A stretch of 64,000 nt of DNA from a virus. The notes beneath the pieces were generated by a model. It had not been told where the DNA came from. It ran no database searches and saw only the letters and a program-made list of their open reading frames with translations. Where the stretch lies: the IMG/VR virus record IMGVR_UViG_3300006192_000008, positions 1 through 64,000 of that record; one strand, given 5' to 3'. Within the stretch, counting starts at the first letter, position 1; the number at the start of each line of letters is the position of its first letter. The position numbers were made by a program, and so were the translations under genes. Of this stretch, positions 10,811 to 22,420 are shown in pieces.

Positions 10811-12955
10811 TTGAAACCTATTTACAATTGGAAGCTCGCTACTGTGGCGGACTTGGAATCCGATAATTTGCTAGACCTTGCTACTAAGTTGCATGTGCTT
10901 GGTTTTCAAATGAATGAAAAAGAGATTAAAACTTTCCGAGGCTCAACAGAAGGTGAGAGGATTGTCAAATTCTTTAAGTGGCACGTAGATAACGAGATTC
11001 CAATTGTAATGCACAATGGTATTTCTTTTGACGTACCTTTGATGGAAAAGTTGTTTGGTGTTGATTTGTCCAATCTAATGCTGATTGATACCCTTGCTTT
11101 GAGCTGGTATCTCAACCCTGATCGCCGTCAACATGGCCTTGGCACATTCTGGGAAGATTATGGTATTGAGAAGCCTGTTGTAGAAGATTGGTCTGAACAG
11201 CTTTATGAGGTTTATCAGAATCGAGTTGTAGAGGACGTTAAGATTAACCAAGCTCTTTGGAAAGACTTGAAGAAACGTCTTATTGAGCTTTACACAACAG
11301 CTCGTGTTGAGATTGATTCTGGTGCTGTAGGTGGCAAACGTCTGTCCGATGATGAGGTGTTGTATATTGATAGTCTGGTTGGCTTGTCTGTTGAAGAGCA
11401 TATCAACCGTCTATTAACATTCTTGATGTTTAAGATGGACTGTGCTCGCCTACAAGAGAAGACACGTTGGGAAGTGGATGTTGATCTGTTGCTTGAGACA
11501 GAGAAAAAGCTTGAAATTATCTGTGAAGCTGCAAGGTCTGAGCTTGAAAGTGTAATGCCAAAGGTTCCACAATTTACTAAGAAAGAGGCTCCAAAGAAGC
11601 CTTACAAGAAGGATGGTACACTTTCTGCTATTGGGGTTAAGTGGGAAGAGCTGATGCGTACTTACGATGCCAAGGAAGTTGATGAGTACGGAACATTGAA
11701 GGTTCAACAAACTGAGGTTAAGGGTGTCTACAAGGTGCTGAACGGTTATGAAGAGCCAAGCGCCTCTAGTCCAGCCCAAGTCAAAGCTTTGCTTTACTCT
11801 CATGATTGGGTTCCGGTCAGCTTCAAATATGAGAAGGATGAAGAGAAGTTTAATGCATGGATTGCCAAGAAACCAAAGGAAGGTTCACACCATAGCAAAT
11901 GGACAGAGTGGAAAGAATCACGTCCTGAAGAACGTGCAATCCCACAAATCACTGTAGGAGGTGAAGATGGTAAAGAGCTTTGCGAATCTGTATTGGAATT
12001 GGCTGAAGATGTTCCAGAGATTCGTAAGTATGCAGAGTACAACGTAGCCAAGCATCGTCTTGGTGTGGTTAAGGGCTTTATCCGTGATCTGAAAGATGGT
12101 AAATGGCTTCAAGCTCGTATTGGTGGTTTCACTAACACCCTACGTGTGCAGCATCGTGAGCTTGTAAATCTTCCGGGTGTAGACAAACCTTATGGTGAAG
12201 ACATTCGTGGCGTTCTAATTGCTGGCGATGGTAAGTGCCTCCTTGGCTCAGACATGAGTAGCCTTGAGGATCGTGTGAAGCATAACTTTATGTTGCCACA
12301 TGACCCTGAATACGTTGCTACAATGCAAGAAGAAGACTTTGACCCCCATATTTTAACTGCCTTCACTGCTGGCATGGTGACAAAGAAAGAGTATGAAGAC
12401 TTTAAACGTGGTGAGAAATCTGCTAACGCCAAAGCTGCACGTAAGAAGGGAAAGACCACAAACTATGCTTCTGTGTACAACGCAGGTGCTGCTAAGATTG
12501 CACAAGCTGCTGGAGTCTCACTAAAGGAGGGTAAACAACTACATGAAGGCTATTGGAAGCTTAACTGGTCTGTTAAAGCCATTGCTGAAGAACAGGTAGT
12601 GATCCGTGACAGTAAAGGTGGCAAGTGGTTGGTGAACCCAATCAACGGTTTCTGCTACTCCTTGCGTAAGGAATCTGATAGATTCTCTACGCTCGCTCAA
12701 GGTACTGGCAGTTATTTCTTTGACATGTGGGTTGACAACATCCTTAATGAGACTCAAGCTAGGTATGGTAGAAAGACTCTGACAGGCAGCTTCCATGATG
12801 AGTGCATTCTTTGTGTGAAAGACAGCGAGAAATTTAAAACTGAGTTTGCAGAAATCATCAAAGAAGCAGTTGACAGAGTGAACGTAGAGTATAAACTACG
12901 GAGGAAGCTTGGTTGTGAAGTGCAGGCTGGCAAGTGTTACAGTGAGATTCACTAA
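10811..12955 (+). CDS. Family A DNA polymerase with 3'-5' exonuclease
   Basis: ADLES, HNGISFD, DMSSLEDR, KTTNYASVY, FHDE motifs; probable TTG start after GGAGG. Confidence 0.95.
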   Translation: MKPIYNWKLATVADLESDNLLDLATKLHVLGFQMNEKEIKTFRGSTEGERIVKFFKWHVDNEIPIVMHNGISFDVPLMEKLFGVDLSNLMLIDTLALSWYLNPDRRQHGLGTFWEDYGIEKPVVEDWSEQLYEVYQNRVVEDVKINQALWKDLKKRLIELYTTARVEIDSGAVGGKRLSDDEVLYIDSLVGLSVEEHINRLLTFLMFKMDCARLQEKTRWEVDVDLLLETEKKLEIICEAARSELESVMPKVPQFTKKEAPKKPYKKDGTLSAIGVKWEELMRTYDAKEVDEYGTLKVQQTEVKGVYKVLNGYEEPSASSPAQVKALLYSHDWVPVSFKYEKDEEKFNAWIAKKPKEGSHHSKWTEWKESRPEERAIPQITVGGEDGKELCESVLELAEDVPEIRKYAEYNVAKHRLGVVKGFIRDLKDGKWLQARIGGFTNTLRVQHRELVNLPGVDKPYGEDIRGVLIAGDGKCLLGSDMSSLEDRVKHNFMLPHDPEYVATMQEEDFDPHILTAFTAGMVTKKEYEDFKRGEKSANAKAARKKGKTTNYASVYNAGAAKIAQAAGVSLKEGKQLHEGYWKLNWSVKAIAEEQVVIRDSKGGKWLVNPINGFCYSLRKESDRFSTLAQGTGSYFFDMWVDNILNETQARYGRKTLTGSFHDECILCVKDSEKFKTEFAEIIKEAVDRVNVEYKLRRKLGCEVQAGKCYSEIH

Positions 12956-13359
12956 AATAATTTAAATTTCACTTGCGCTATCAAAGAAAATGTGAAACAA
13001 TGGCTCCACATTAAACAAGAGGAGGATGTGAGATGGAAGACAATAGTAAGATTCGGTATGAACTGACAGACGTTCAATTTGAACGGTTTGAGAAAATCCT
13101 TGATGAGGTTTGTGTCAAGGATAATGGTAAGCTTCAAGGGCTGTTAAACCGCCCAAAGCGTTGGGCTAAATCTGAGGAGGCTACAAAATGAAATCATATA
13201 TCTATACATGCGTAATCAAATCCTCGGGTATCCCTATTCAAGACATTGCTTATTCTCGCCAAGAAGCACGTCAAATGAAAAGCTTGTATGAAGGTGTATA
13301 AGGGTAAGGTGAACATCTTGCGTTACGAAAACCCAGCTAAAATTCGATAAGGAGGAAAT

Positions 13360-14007
13360 ATGAGTAACATTCCAAAAGGTTATCAGTTGCACATTACGTC
13401 TTGGACAAACGATGCTGACAACTACAACACAACTATTCACAGCGGTCTTAGTCCAGATGATGTAAACTTTCTACTTCAAATTGTAAAACCATTTAAAAGT
13501 CGCCACTCTGGCGGTAAGTTTGGTAACAATGAAGGATGTACAATGGCGATCAATGAACATATCTTTGAGTGCTGGCAAGGACATAATTCCAAAGAGCATT
13601 CTGCATATGCAGAATGGTTTGAGGATCGTGATGAAGAAGACGAGGACTACGCAGAAGGTTTGTCTGACCTTGCATACGATCTTGTTGGTTGTGATGAATA
13701 CTGCGGCTGGCGAGTATTTGATGGGGCTAAGGTGTTCCACTTCCCAGTTGAAGTAAAAGAAGTAACTGAAACTTTTATCTAAGGAGAAACAACAATGAAT
13801 GCAAAACAGGCTCGTAAACTACGTCAACAAGCCCGTACATCTGGTGCAGCTGTTGAAACAACATACACAATGGAAGTGTACAATAAGCAATATTTTGATG
13901 TGTTGACGGGGAAGATGAAAGCTTATAAAGTGTATTCCAGTAGCATGGATTTGTGTGTTCGATCTGTGTATCAGGAATTGAAGAAATCATTTAAAGAGGG
14001 TAAGTAA
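13360..14007 (+). CDS. Two hypothetical proteins (13360-13782, 13795-14007)
   Basis: ORFs with strong RBSs. Confidence 0.75.
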
Positions 14008-14206
14008 TATGGGTTATAGTAAAGATAGTGTCTTGGCTCTGCTGTTGAATGCAATTGCACAAGCAACCAATGATCTGAATATGGAGCGTGTGACTCTTTT
14101 GTCGCAAGCTTATCAACGAATCGCAAGCGTAAATGCTTGAGATAATGCAGTAAAACAGTCTCACCAATAGTGAACAAATAATACACAACGTATAGAGGAA
14201 ATAAAT

Positions 14207-14884
14207 ATGACTACAAGTATCATTGTAAAACAACTTCCTAAGTCTGGTACTTTGGAAACCTTCAACGTCTACATCAAGAACACTCCTGTATTTTATGCAG
14301 CAGTTCATGAACCTAAGCTGAAATATCAGAGCACTGACAAAGAGTTTAGTCTGACAGCTTTCGTGGACGAAGAGACTAAAGATAAGCTGATTGACGAAGT
14401 GATGTTGAATAAGAGCTTCGCACAAGTTGGTAAGGATAAGACCAGTAAAGCACCACGTCGCATCAAGTATCCCCTGTCCTCTCAGGTTGAGGAAGGTAAG
14501 GTAAATTATGATGTAGTGGATGGCTTGTTTGGTTTTAACGTAGCCAAACCTGAGTTCAGCAAGAAGGGCAATCCTATGAGTGTCAACGTGATTGATGCAG
14601 AGGGTAATACCTTTACCGAGAACGTAGGTAACGGCTCTGTCTGTACTCTCAAGCTGTTTGGTTACAAGAACCAAGATGGTCAACTCACTGTCACTCTGGA
14701 CACTGTTCAAGTGATTGAGCACATTCCTTATGAAGGTAAAACTTCTGCTGATTCTGTTGAGGATGATGTATTGGGGGTGAGTTATAAAGTGAAGAAGTCT
14801 GATGTTAAGCCTGCTGAACAAGAAGCTCCTAAAGCTGCTCCGGTTGTACAACAAGAAGCTGAAGACTTCGACGACCCGTTCTGA
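14207..14884 (+). CDS. Probable single-stranded DNA-binding protein
   Basis: Follows the polymerase; NVGNGS motif; acidic tail ending EDFDDPF. Confidence 0.7.
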   Translation: MTTSIIVKQLPKSGTLETFNVYIKNTPVFYAAVHEPKLKYQSTDKEFSLTAFVDEETKDKLIDEVMLNKSFAQVGKDKTSKAPRRIKYPLSSQVEEGKVNYDVVDGLFGFNVAKPEFSKKGNPMSVNVIDAEGNTFTENVGNGSVCTLKLFGYKNQDGQLTVTLDTVQVIEHIPYEGKTSADSVEDDVLGVSYKVKKSDVKPAEQEAPKAAPVVQQEAEDFDDPF

Positions 14885-14899
14885 TCTAAGTTGATCTAA

Positions 14900-14928
14900 A
14901 GCCTCTCTGAAATATGGGAGGCTGTTTT
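14900..14928 (+). terminator. Intrinsic terminator
   Basis: AGCCTCTC..GGGAGGCT stem followed by GTTTT. Confidence 0.6.
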
Positions 14929-15117
14929 AAGGAGACTTATGAAGCCCAATCCATCTCATATCCCCAGGGGCTACATGTGTATCACTTGTGAACACAAGCA
15001 TAGAAAGTGCAATCATCTAGACTTCACTAAGATGCAAGTGATTGGTGTTTTCAAAGATGACGGTACTCGTGAAGTAAAATGTACTGATTTTATTAAAACT
15101 GAATAGGAGAAATAAAC

Positions 15118-15366
15118 ATGAAAGATAAACAAAACCTCTACAGCCGAGCTTACCAACTGGCTCAAGAAATCATCACTCTGCAAGAAGACTTGAAAGAGCT
15201 GAAGGGTGAGTTCAGTTACGACAAAGAATACAACACTGAAGGCTATGACAAGAAAGAAGTGGCTAAAATCATCAAAGCTGCTGTTGCTAAAGCGAAGGAA
15301 GATGATCTGAAGACTAAAGCTGATGAACTTAATGAGCTTCAGGAAATTCAAGAGACTTATTCGTAA
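15118..15366 (+). CDS. Small dsDNA-binding protein (DsbA/GapR-like)
   Basis: Basic/acidic helical protein, EDLKELK...GYDKKEVAKIIK. Confidence 0.5.
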   Translation: MKDKQNLYSRAYQLAQEIITLQEDLKELKGEFSYDKEYNTEGYDKKEVAKIIKAAVAKAKEDDLKTKADELNELQEIQETYS

Positions 15367-15377
15367 GATTAATAAAC

Positions 15378-15404
15378 AGCCCTGCTTATGTGGGGCTTTC
15401 TTTT
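15378..15404 (+). terminator. Intrinsic terminator
   Basis: AGCCCTGC..GTGGGGCT stem plus TTCTTTT. Confidence 0.65.
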
Positions 15405-15946
15405 AGGAGAGACTATGATTGATGTTTTGCGACGAATAGAATATGGAGATACTGGTTCTGGTGATTTTGCAGAAATCACAACTGAGTCTATGCAGAATTT
15501 TGCTATTCTACTTGGAAATGAGAGTGTCTCTGGTGATCGGAGATTTGTAGTTTATGAGTCTGATGTTAACGCCTTGATTGATGCTCTAGTTGAACTTAAA
15601 ACAATGCTTTAGGAGGAAATGTTATGGGTGTTATTACAACAGCTCGCTTGATGGTTGGTCTTATGTATGAAGACATTGAAGACTGGGTGAGTGAGAACAG
15701 ACGTGATTGTGATGGGCCTTACAGCAACTCCGAAGACCCTATTGACGTATTAGAACGCCTCAACCTTACAATTGCTTCACCTTATTACGATGCTGGCTAT
15801 GAAAACTCCTTTATTGGCATCGAAGTGGAAGATTGTGATATTGCTGAAATCGTCTGTGATCGTATCAAGATTGCTGCGAAGCAGTTTGAGGAGTTGACAG
15901 GTATTATTGGGACTGTTCATGCAGCAGCTGATGTGGGGTGATATGA

Positions 15947-17032
15947 ATGACTAAACAATACACAGCTCTCATCGACGTTGACACCCTTATCGTACACGCA
16001 GGGATTGCAGGGCAAGAAACTTATGTAACTGTTACACACAACACTACTGGTTGGACAAAGGAGTTTAAGAATCAGACTGAGTTCTTTGGTGATCATCATA
16101 AGAAAGCTGGTGGCTGGTTGGCTGAGATAAACAAGAGCAAAGAGGAAAAAGGACTTCCTATTGTATCACCAGATGCTTTTACGATTGAAGCTGGCGTTCG
16201 TTTGATTGAGGATGTTGTACATGAAAATGGAACAGCGATTACGCCAGAACAGATTGTTAAGGGGCGATTCAAATCCAAGATTGAGGCAATTGTAAATCAA
16301 CCTTGGTGTAAAGACTTCAAAATCTGCTATGGTACAGGCACTAACTTTCGTTATGATATTGCTGAAACTGTTCCATATAAAAATGAACGTCCAAGTAAAC
16401 CTTTACTGTTTGATGTTGTCAGAGACTATATGCTGTGGAAATATAAAGACCACATGATTACAGTAGACAATGTTGAGTCTGATGATATTCTAACAGCAGA
16501 GCTTCACAGTGCATGGATCAGAGCAAAACGTAAGCATGAGAATCTCGATGTTGTGTCCTGTCACATTGACAAGGATATAAATCAATTCCCTTGTTTGCAC
16601 TTCAACTTTGACAAACCTGAGCTTGGTCTTGTTAAGATTACACCGCTTGAAGCTGCTAAGAACCTTGCAAGCCAAATGCTTCAGGGTGATACTGTAGACT
16701 CTATTCCGGGTTTACCTAAGCTTCCTGATGAGATGCACAAGAAGTATTCCATCAGACGTTCAGGAAAGGGATTGGGAGAGAAGACAGCAAGAGCTTTGAT
16801 TGAGCCTTGCCAAGATACTAAGGAAGTGTTTGAACGTGTTGTAGAGGCTTACAGAGGCTTCTATGGGGAAGATAAGCAACCATTCACATCTTGGTATGGT
16901 GATGAGACAGGACGTAACTGGCTAGATCACTTGAATGAGCAATATAGGTTGCTGAAGATGCGTTCTGTTGTTGATGCAGATGTTGGTCATGTAAAAGATT
17001 TTCTTACTAAACTGGAGGTGAGTTATGAATAA
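15947..17032 (+). CDS. 5'-3' exonuclease
   Basis: ALIDVDT, NFRY...YK, ESDD, IDKD, GDTVDSIPG motifs. Confidence 0.85.
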   Translation: MTKQYTALIDVDTLIVHAGIAGQETYVTVTHNTTGWTKEFKNQTEFFGDHHKKAGGWLAEINKSKEEKGLPIVSPDAFTIEAGVRLIEDVVHENGTAITPEQIVKGRFKSKIEAIVNQPWCKDFKICYGTGTNFRYDIAETVPYKNERPSKPLLFDVVRDYMLWKYKDHMITVDNVESDDILTAELHSAWIRAKRKHENLDVVSCHIDKDINQFPCLHFNFDKPELGLVKITPLEAAKNLASQMLQGDTVDSIPGLPKLPDEMHKKYSIRRSGKGLGEKTARALIEPCQDTKEVFERVVEAYRGFYGEDKQPFTSWYGDETGRNWLDHLNEQYRLLKMRSVVDADVGHVKDFLTKLEVSYE

Positions 17033-19262
17033 AATTACTAAAGAATATCTGGAAGACTACGTTGCAGATATGGGGATTTTTGAGAAAGAGCATCGTAAAT
17101 ACTCAAGCTTCTATTGCTCGGCTACCTACACAATCACTCAGACTGATATTGAAGAGCTGAAGACTGAAGGTATTGATGCTTCTGATTTCTTGAATGTCTA
17201 CATCACTCTGAATGGTACGTGGGATGACAGTAATGGTACAGAGTGGGATTCTATGTACTTCTGTAAAGTAGAAGAATATCAAGAGCTTGTTCCTGAGCAA
17301 GTGATTCCTGCTCATTATGTCACTAATTGGAAAACAGAAGTGTTTGTACCTGTATGGGAGTGAAAACAGAGCAAGAGGCAATCGACTTTTGTAAGTATGT
17401 GTACTCTCAAATGCCAGCAGTCACTAAATACGAAGGCTATACATTTGAGAACTACATGAACTCTGTGTTCCTTGCTAACGAGGGGTATGAGGACTATTTT
17501 ATTAAAGTGTTTGATGAGGCTTCAGATAAAGGTGTAGGATTGTACAAATATTCGGAGTTTAAAGGTGTAATTGATGAATAAGCCTTGGCTCACTCCAGAA
17601 GGCAAGAAGATATGGAAGACAGAGGCTCAGTATTGGGGTTGGCTTAGAGGAGCTATTAGACGTATCTGGGCTGACTATCCTCTACGAAAGGAATGGAAAG
17701 CAAGGAAGCTTCGCCCAATCACACAAGAAGAGAAAGAAAGCAAGAAGTTTCATCCATCTACAAAGAATCTTGGCCAGTGCCACTATTGTGAGGAATGGTT
17801 TGCAGGATCAAAGCTTGAGTGTGATCACTTAGAGTCTTCTGATGGATGTACAAATAAAGTTGAAGCTGAGTCTTTCTTGTGGTATTGTGGTAACGGTATT
17901 GGAGATGAGTGGGTCTTGGCCTGCAATCCCTGCCATAAAAACAAGACCCATTCCGAAAGACGTGGGATTTCAATGCAAGATGCTTCTTATGAGAAGATAG
18001 CTATAGACCTTGAGAAGAAAAAGCTTGTATCTGTTTGGTTGAAAGGAAAAGGTGTAACACCAGCCAGTAATGCCAAGCTTCGTAGGCAGCAAATTATTGA
18101 TAAGCTAAGAGAGGAGAAAGAGAATGAAAGTTGAAATTATTCAAGACAAAGAAAATGAAATGTTAAGTATCTCTGTTAATGGTACTTGTTTCTTTTACGG
18201 TAATTACTGGGATTTTAATGTACCCGGAGATATTAAAGACTTGATTAGTTTCATGTCCCGTAAAGGTGATGTTGAGTATGATTTTGATCAGAAGGTGCTG
18301 GACTAATGACTGACAAGCAACCAAACAAAACCTACATCATTCAACACAAAGAAACCAAAGAAATGTTTATTGCACGTTCTGGTAAGTCTTCTTGGAAGCA
18401 ACCCGGACATGCGAAGAACGCTTGGAATCAGAGTATCTTTGGTTGGAACCTTGAGAAGTATGGTCTACCACGGATTGTGGAGCCTAAGAGCTGGGATGCT
18501 AATTATGTCCGTGTTCCTAAGTTTGATGAGCAAGGTGTGTTTGAAGTTGTTGAGCTAAAACATAAAGCTCAGAGTGATCTTGAAGAAGCTATTGAACTCC
18601 TTAATCACATTCAAGGGCGTTGTGATTCAGCTGGCTGGGATATGATTGAAGATTTCTTGAAGAGGGTGAAGCTTTGATTTCAGATACAGACTGGGAAATT
18701 TTAGAACGTAGATTAAAATCTATTGAAGCTTCAATTCAAATGCTTGAGTCTGTCTTTGGGAATCCCATGAAACATGTAGGAGGCAATGGTGATGTGGATT
18801 ACGTTCTACAAGAAGGCAGCCTCAGTGATGCAGGAACTGTCCAAGTTTGGAATAATAACCAGAAGCTTGCAGATTGTATTTCAACTACTAAGCTGGAGGA
18901 ATAAAGATGATTAAGAAAATCTACGCATACTTGTTCTACGACTTCTGGAATAACCACTACAATGCAATGATCGTGGATTACTATTTTCGGTTGTTCCTTT
19001 GGTTTCCGTTGGCGCTTAATTAGGAGGGCGCATGTCTGACATAATCAACCTCTTTGATGAGAAAGCTAAACGACTTGTAATATTCAACATCTCACAAGCT
19101 GAAGCTGATGTTCAGAAATATAAAGATGTTGTTATGAAGAGTGTAAGAGATTTCCATACGTTTAGTGTGCAAGAGAAAGTAGAGCTGTATTCTAGTCTCG
19201 CTGCGTTCAATATAGAAATCCTGAAGCAATTATTGGAATATAAGAAAGGAGAAGTGGTTTGA
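17025..19262 (+). CDS. Further hypothetical genes (17025-17363, 18124-18306, 18306-18677, 18674-18904, 19032-19262)
   Basis: Coupled ORFs within the replication block. Confidence 0.65.
17571..18134 (+). CDS. HNH/Zn-binding endonuclease
   Basis: CHYC...ECDH...LACNPCHKNKT. Confidence 0.7.
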   Translation: MMNKPWLTPEGKKIWKTEAQYWGWLRGAIRRIWADYPLRKEWKARKLRPITQEEKESKKFHPSTKNLGQCHYCEEWFAGSKLECDHLESSDGCTNKVEAESFLWYCGNGIGDEWVLACNPCHKNKTHSERRGISMQDASYEKIAIDLEKKKLVSVWLKGKGVTPASNAKLRRQQIIDKLREEKENES

Positions 19263-20146
19263 GTAATGATTGGAAAGTAGAAGCAGAACAACTAGCACGT
19301 CAAGGTAAATCGTGGCGTAAGATCGCTGAGCATCTTGACCAACCAAAAAGCACAGTGTCTGACCACTTGCGTAAGGTGTTCAGTCAAGATGTTGTAGATC
19401 ATAAACATTCAAGTGATGTATATTCTGTGCGCAAGGTTGATCGCGAGGAAGATAACAGTCGTATTCTGTTTATCAGCGATATGCACATTCCTTATCATCA
19501 CGTAGACACAATTGCTTTCTTGAAACACTTGAAAGCTAAATACAACCCAACACGAGTAATCTGCCTGGGCGATGAACTTGATAAACATGCTCTGAGTTAC
19601 CATGACTCTGATCCAGACCTGCCGAGTGCTGGTGATGAGCTGAAGAAAAGCTTGCCTGTGATTCAAGAGTTGTTTGAAATCTTCCCGACAATGGATATCA
19701 TTGAGTCAAATCATGGTAGCCTTGTTTGGCGTAAGGCTAAGACATTTGGGATTCCAAAACACTATATCAAATCATATAATGATGTACTTGGTGTTGATGG
19801 TGGGTGGAAGTGGAGCTTTGACTTGACTGTTAATCTCCCGAATGGTCAGAAGTGTTACGTGCATCATGGTAAGACAAGTAATGTGATTCAGCTCAGTCAA
19901 CAGATGGGTATGTGTGCTGTGCAAGGCCACTTCCATGAAAGCTTTAAGATTGACTATTGGGGCAATCCTACAGGTTTGTATTGGGGTATGCAGTGTGGTT
20001 GCCTGATTGATGATGACACAATGGCATTTAACTACAACAATGTGAACATTAAACGCCCGATAATTGGTACTGGACTTGTGATTGATTCTATGCCAGTATT
20101 GGAGCCGATGGTACTTGATGTAAATGGTCGTTGGGTTGGTAAATAG
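19259..20146 (+). CDS. Calcineurin-like metallophosphoesterase with N-terminal HTH
   Basis: SDMH, LGDELD, SNH, HHG, GHFH motifs. Confidence 0.85.
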   Translation: MSNDWKVEAEQLARQGKSWRKIAEHLDQPKSTVSDHLRKVFSQDVVDHKHSSDVYSVRKVDREEDNSRILFISDMHIPYHHVDTIAFLKHLKAKYNPTRVICLGDELDKHALSYHDSDPDLPSAGDELKKSLPVIQELFEIFPTMDIIESNHGSLVWRKAKTFGIPKHYIKSYNDVLGVDGGWKWSFDLTVNLPNGQKCYVHHGKTSNVIQLSQQMGMCAVQGHFHESFKIDYWGNPTGLYWGMQCGCLIDDDTMAFNYNNVNIKRPIIGTGLVIDSMPVLEPMVLDVNGRWVGK

Positions 20147-20155
20147 GAGGAACAA

Positions 20156-20719
20156 ATGGAAGAAAACTATGATCTTCAGGTTGGTGATGTTATTCTTGTA
20201 ACTGACAGTGGTTGGGGGTTAGTTGAGGACAATATAGGTAAATATGTTGAACTGTTGAAGTATTGTGGTTACGAAGAGCGGTGGTGGGTAAGGGGTTACA
20301 ATTGTGAATTGATTAATCATGAACCTGACTACGCAATTGATGAAGGTACTTTTGGCAAGAGTCCTATGGTATTGCTGAACACAAAAGAGGAAGTTACAAA
20401 AGGTGGCTTCCACTCTCCACTGGAATCCCGCAAGAATGATAAAAACCAAATGGAGTTGGTTGACACAGGCTTCCCAAATGCTCTTATGGTGCTTGGTGAG
20501 GTGATGACTTGGGCAGCTAAGAATAAAGGGTATTTGCCAAATGATTGGAAAGATATTCCTAATCCTAGTATGAACCTGCTTGGTGCTGCCAGTCGTCACC
20601 GTAATAAGCGCTTGAAAGGGGAAGAGTTTGATGATGAGAGTGGTCTTCCTCATCTTGCACATGAAGCGTTTAATGTGCTTGCGCAGCTTGAGCTGTTGAT
20701 GATGGGTAAATTGAAATGA
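20156..20719 (+). CDS. dATP/dGTP diphosphohydrolase-domain (DUF5664-like) protein
   Basis: Y.PNDW...AASRH...DDESGLPHLAH motif. Confidence 0.7.
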   Translation: MEENYDLQVGDVILVTDSGWGLVEDNIGKYVELLKYCGYEERWWVRGYNCELINHEPDYAIDEGTFGKSPMVLLNTKEEVTKGGFHSPLESRKNDKNQMELVDTGFPNALMVLGEVMTWAAKNKGYLPNDWKDIPNPSMNLLGAASRHRNKRLKGEEFDDESGLPHLAHEAFNVLAQLELLMMGKLK

Positions 20720-21264
20720 GTAAACCCATTTTAGGATGTGACGTTGATATCTGCTTGGCACCTTCCGATAAGGGTTGGATGGAGTACATGAAATACTTCA
20801 ACGGCTTCGGAAAGGTTGTACATCGAACAGATGGTTTGCTAGAATACGACCTAAGTAAGATGTACCCAACTGTAGCTGACCCATACGAATATTGGCGGAC
20901 ACTTGACTACAATCAGTTCAAGCCACTGGAAGGCTCTGTAGAAGCTCTGGATGCTTTGTCAAAGTATTTTGATATTGCTTTTATTAGCCAAGCGAAAGGC
21001 TTTCACCACAAGAGTAAGTACTACTGGCTAGATCGACACTTCCCATTTAAAACTGGTGTAATGCTCACCAAAGAGAAATGGTTGATGAAGGGAAGTGTTG
21101 TAGCAATGATTGATGATCGTCTTGACCATTTGAAAGGGTTTGACTTTGATCAACGTATTCTTTTCGCCACTAACTACACACAATCTGTAGAATGCGATGT
21201 AGCTTATTCATTCTCGGAGTGGAGTGAGGGTGTTGTTGAACGGTTGTGTGAATTGTATTTGTGA
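20716..21264 (+). CDS. HAD-family 5'(3')-deoxyribonucleotidase-like protein
   Basis: DVDIC, K..WL..HFPF, MIDDR. Confidence 0.75.
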   Translation: MSKPILGCDVDICLAPSDKGWMEYMKYFNGFGKVVHRTDGLLEYDLSKMYPTVADPYEYWRTLDYNQFKPLEGSVEALDALSKYFDIAFISQAKGFHHKSKYYWLDRHFPFKTGVMLTKEKWLMKGSVVAMIDDRLDHLKGFDFDQRILFATNYTQSVECDVAYSFSEWSEGVVERLCELYL

Positions 21265-21287
21265 AAAGTCTTTAGGAGGATATATAA

Positions 21288-21929
21288 ATGGCGAAATATG
21301 CTCACTGCATGACTGCGGATTTTAAAAATGAAAGTGGTTTATGGGTAATTTCTTATAATCCAGAGCCTTACGTTAAAGCATGGACGACAGCAGGGAAGTT
21401 ATGGACGAACCTAAACCAGAGGTTGAGGGCAAAAACTAAAAATAATAAGCTTTACTCTGAGTGCTCTAACAACTTTAAAAGTTTTCAAGAGTTTGCTGAG
21501 TGGTGTCAGTTACAACATGGTTATCTTAACAAAGAAGATAATGGTAATTATTGGAGCCTTGACAAAGATATTCTAGGTTGTGGGAAGTCATATGACCCAA
21601 GCTCTTGTTTGTTTGTACCAAACTTCATAAATGTGTTCTTTAGTTACAATAAAGTTAACAGGGGTAAATTTCCCATAGGTGTAAACTTCCACAAAGAGTC
21701 GGGTAAGTTTGTGGCTCAATGTACTGTTAATGGGAAACAAGAGCATTTAGGATTATACCTACACCCCATGGAAGCTCACAAGGCGTGGCAAGAAACTAAA
21801 CTTTTGCAATTAGAACAACTACTTAGTTGGTCCTTGGAAACAAAGCATGAAAAGCTTATTACGGCGTTATCTTACAGAGTAGAATTACTTAAAAACCAAG
21901 TAATTAAAGGACTGGAAACTTTAAACTGA
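21288..21929 (+). CDS. HNH-type homing endonuclease with AP2-like C-terminus
   Basis: Same family as 6370-7011: WSLDKDIL...CLFVPNFIN...FPIGV...AHKAW. Confidence 0.75.
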   Translation: MAKYAHCMTADFKNESGLWVISYNPEPYVKAWTTAGKLWTNLNQRLRAKTKNNKLYSECSNNFKSFQEFAEWCQLQHGYLNKEDNGNYWSLDKDILGCGKSYDPSSCLFVPNFINVFFSYNKVNRGKFPIGVNFHKESGKFVAQCTVNGKQEHLGLYLHPMEAHKAWQETKLLQLEQLLSWSLETKHEKLITALSYRVELLKNQVIKGLETLN

Positions 21930-21937
21930 GGGGAAAT

Positions 21938-22420
21938 ATGAAGGACTTTAGTAATATGTACAAACGCATCATTTCTTGGAACAATCGGGCAGGTGTTAAA
22001 GAGCATGCCTTTGGGACCCTCAATTGGGATTCCGCAACACTTTTACAGTGTAAGCTTCTTGTAGAGGAGGCGAGTGAAACCCTGGAAGGTATTGAATATG
22101 GGAATATGGTGGAACTTCTAGACGGGACTGTTGATAGTTTTGTCATCCTTGCTAAGTTGATTGATATACTGGAAAAAGCCGGTTTTGACTTCATAGGAGC
22201 TTGCGAGGCTGTCATGGACAATAATGACCTTAAAATTTATGATAGCTATTACACTGCTGTAGAGGCTAAAGAAAAGCTTGAGGAACGTGACGATCAAGAG
22301 TATAGTATTGAGACAGCAATTTGTAATGGAATGCCCTTTTACAGCGTCCGACGCTTCGACGGAAAGATCATGAAGAAGGTTGGGTTTGTTCCTGTGAGTC
22401 TCGATGAGTTTGTCCCATAA
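21938..22420 (+). CDS. MazG-like NTP pyrophosphohydrolase
   Basis: EEASE...ELLDGTVD...VMDNN.K...DGKIMK. Confidence 0.75.
   Translation: MKDFSNMYKRIISWNNRAGVKEHAFGTLNWDSATLLQCKLLVEEASETLEGIEYGNMVELLDGTVDSFVILAKLIDILEKAGFDFIGACEAVMDNNDLKIYDSYYTAVEAKEKLEERDDQEYSIETAICNGMPFYSVRRFDGKIMKKVGFVPVSLDEFVP

Noticed and set aside
13991-14854. 287-aa minus-strand ORF
   Set aside because: Antisense shadow of the SSB gene
20156-20719. Z-base (2-aminoadenine) genome system
   Set aside because: No purZ recognised in the window
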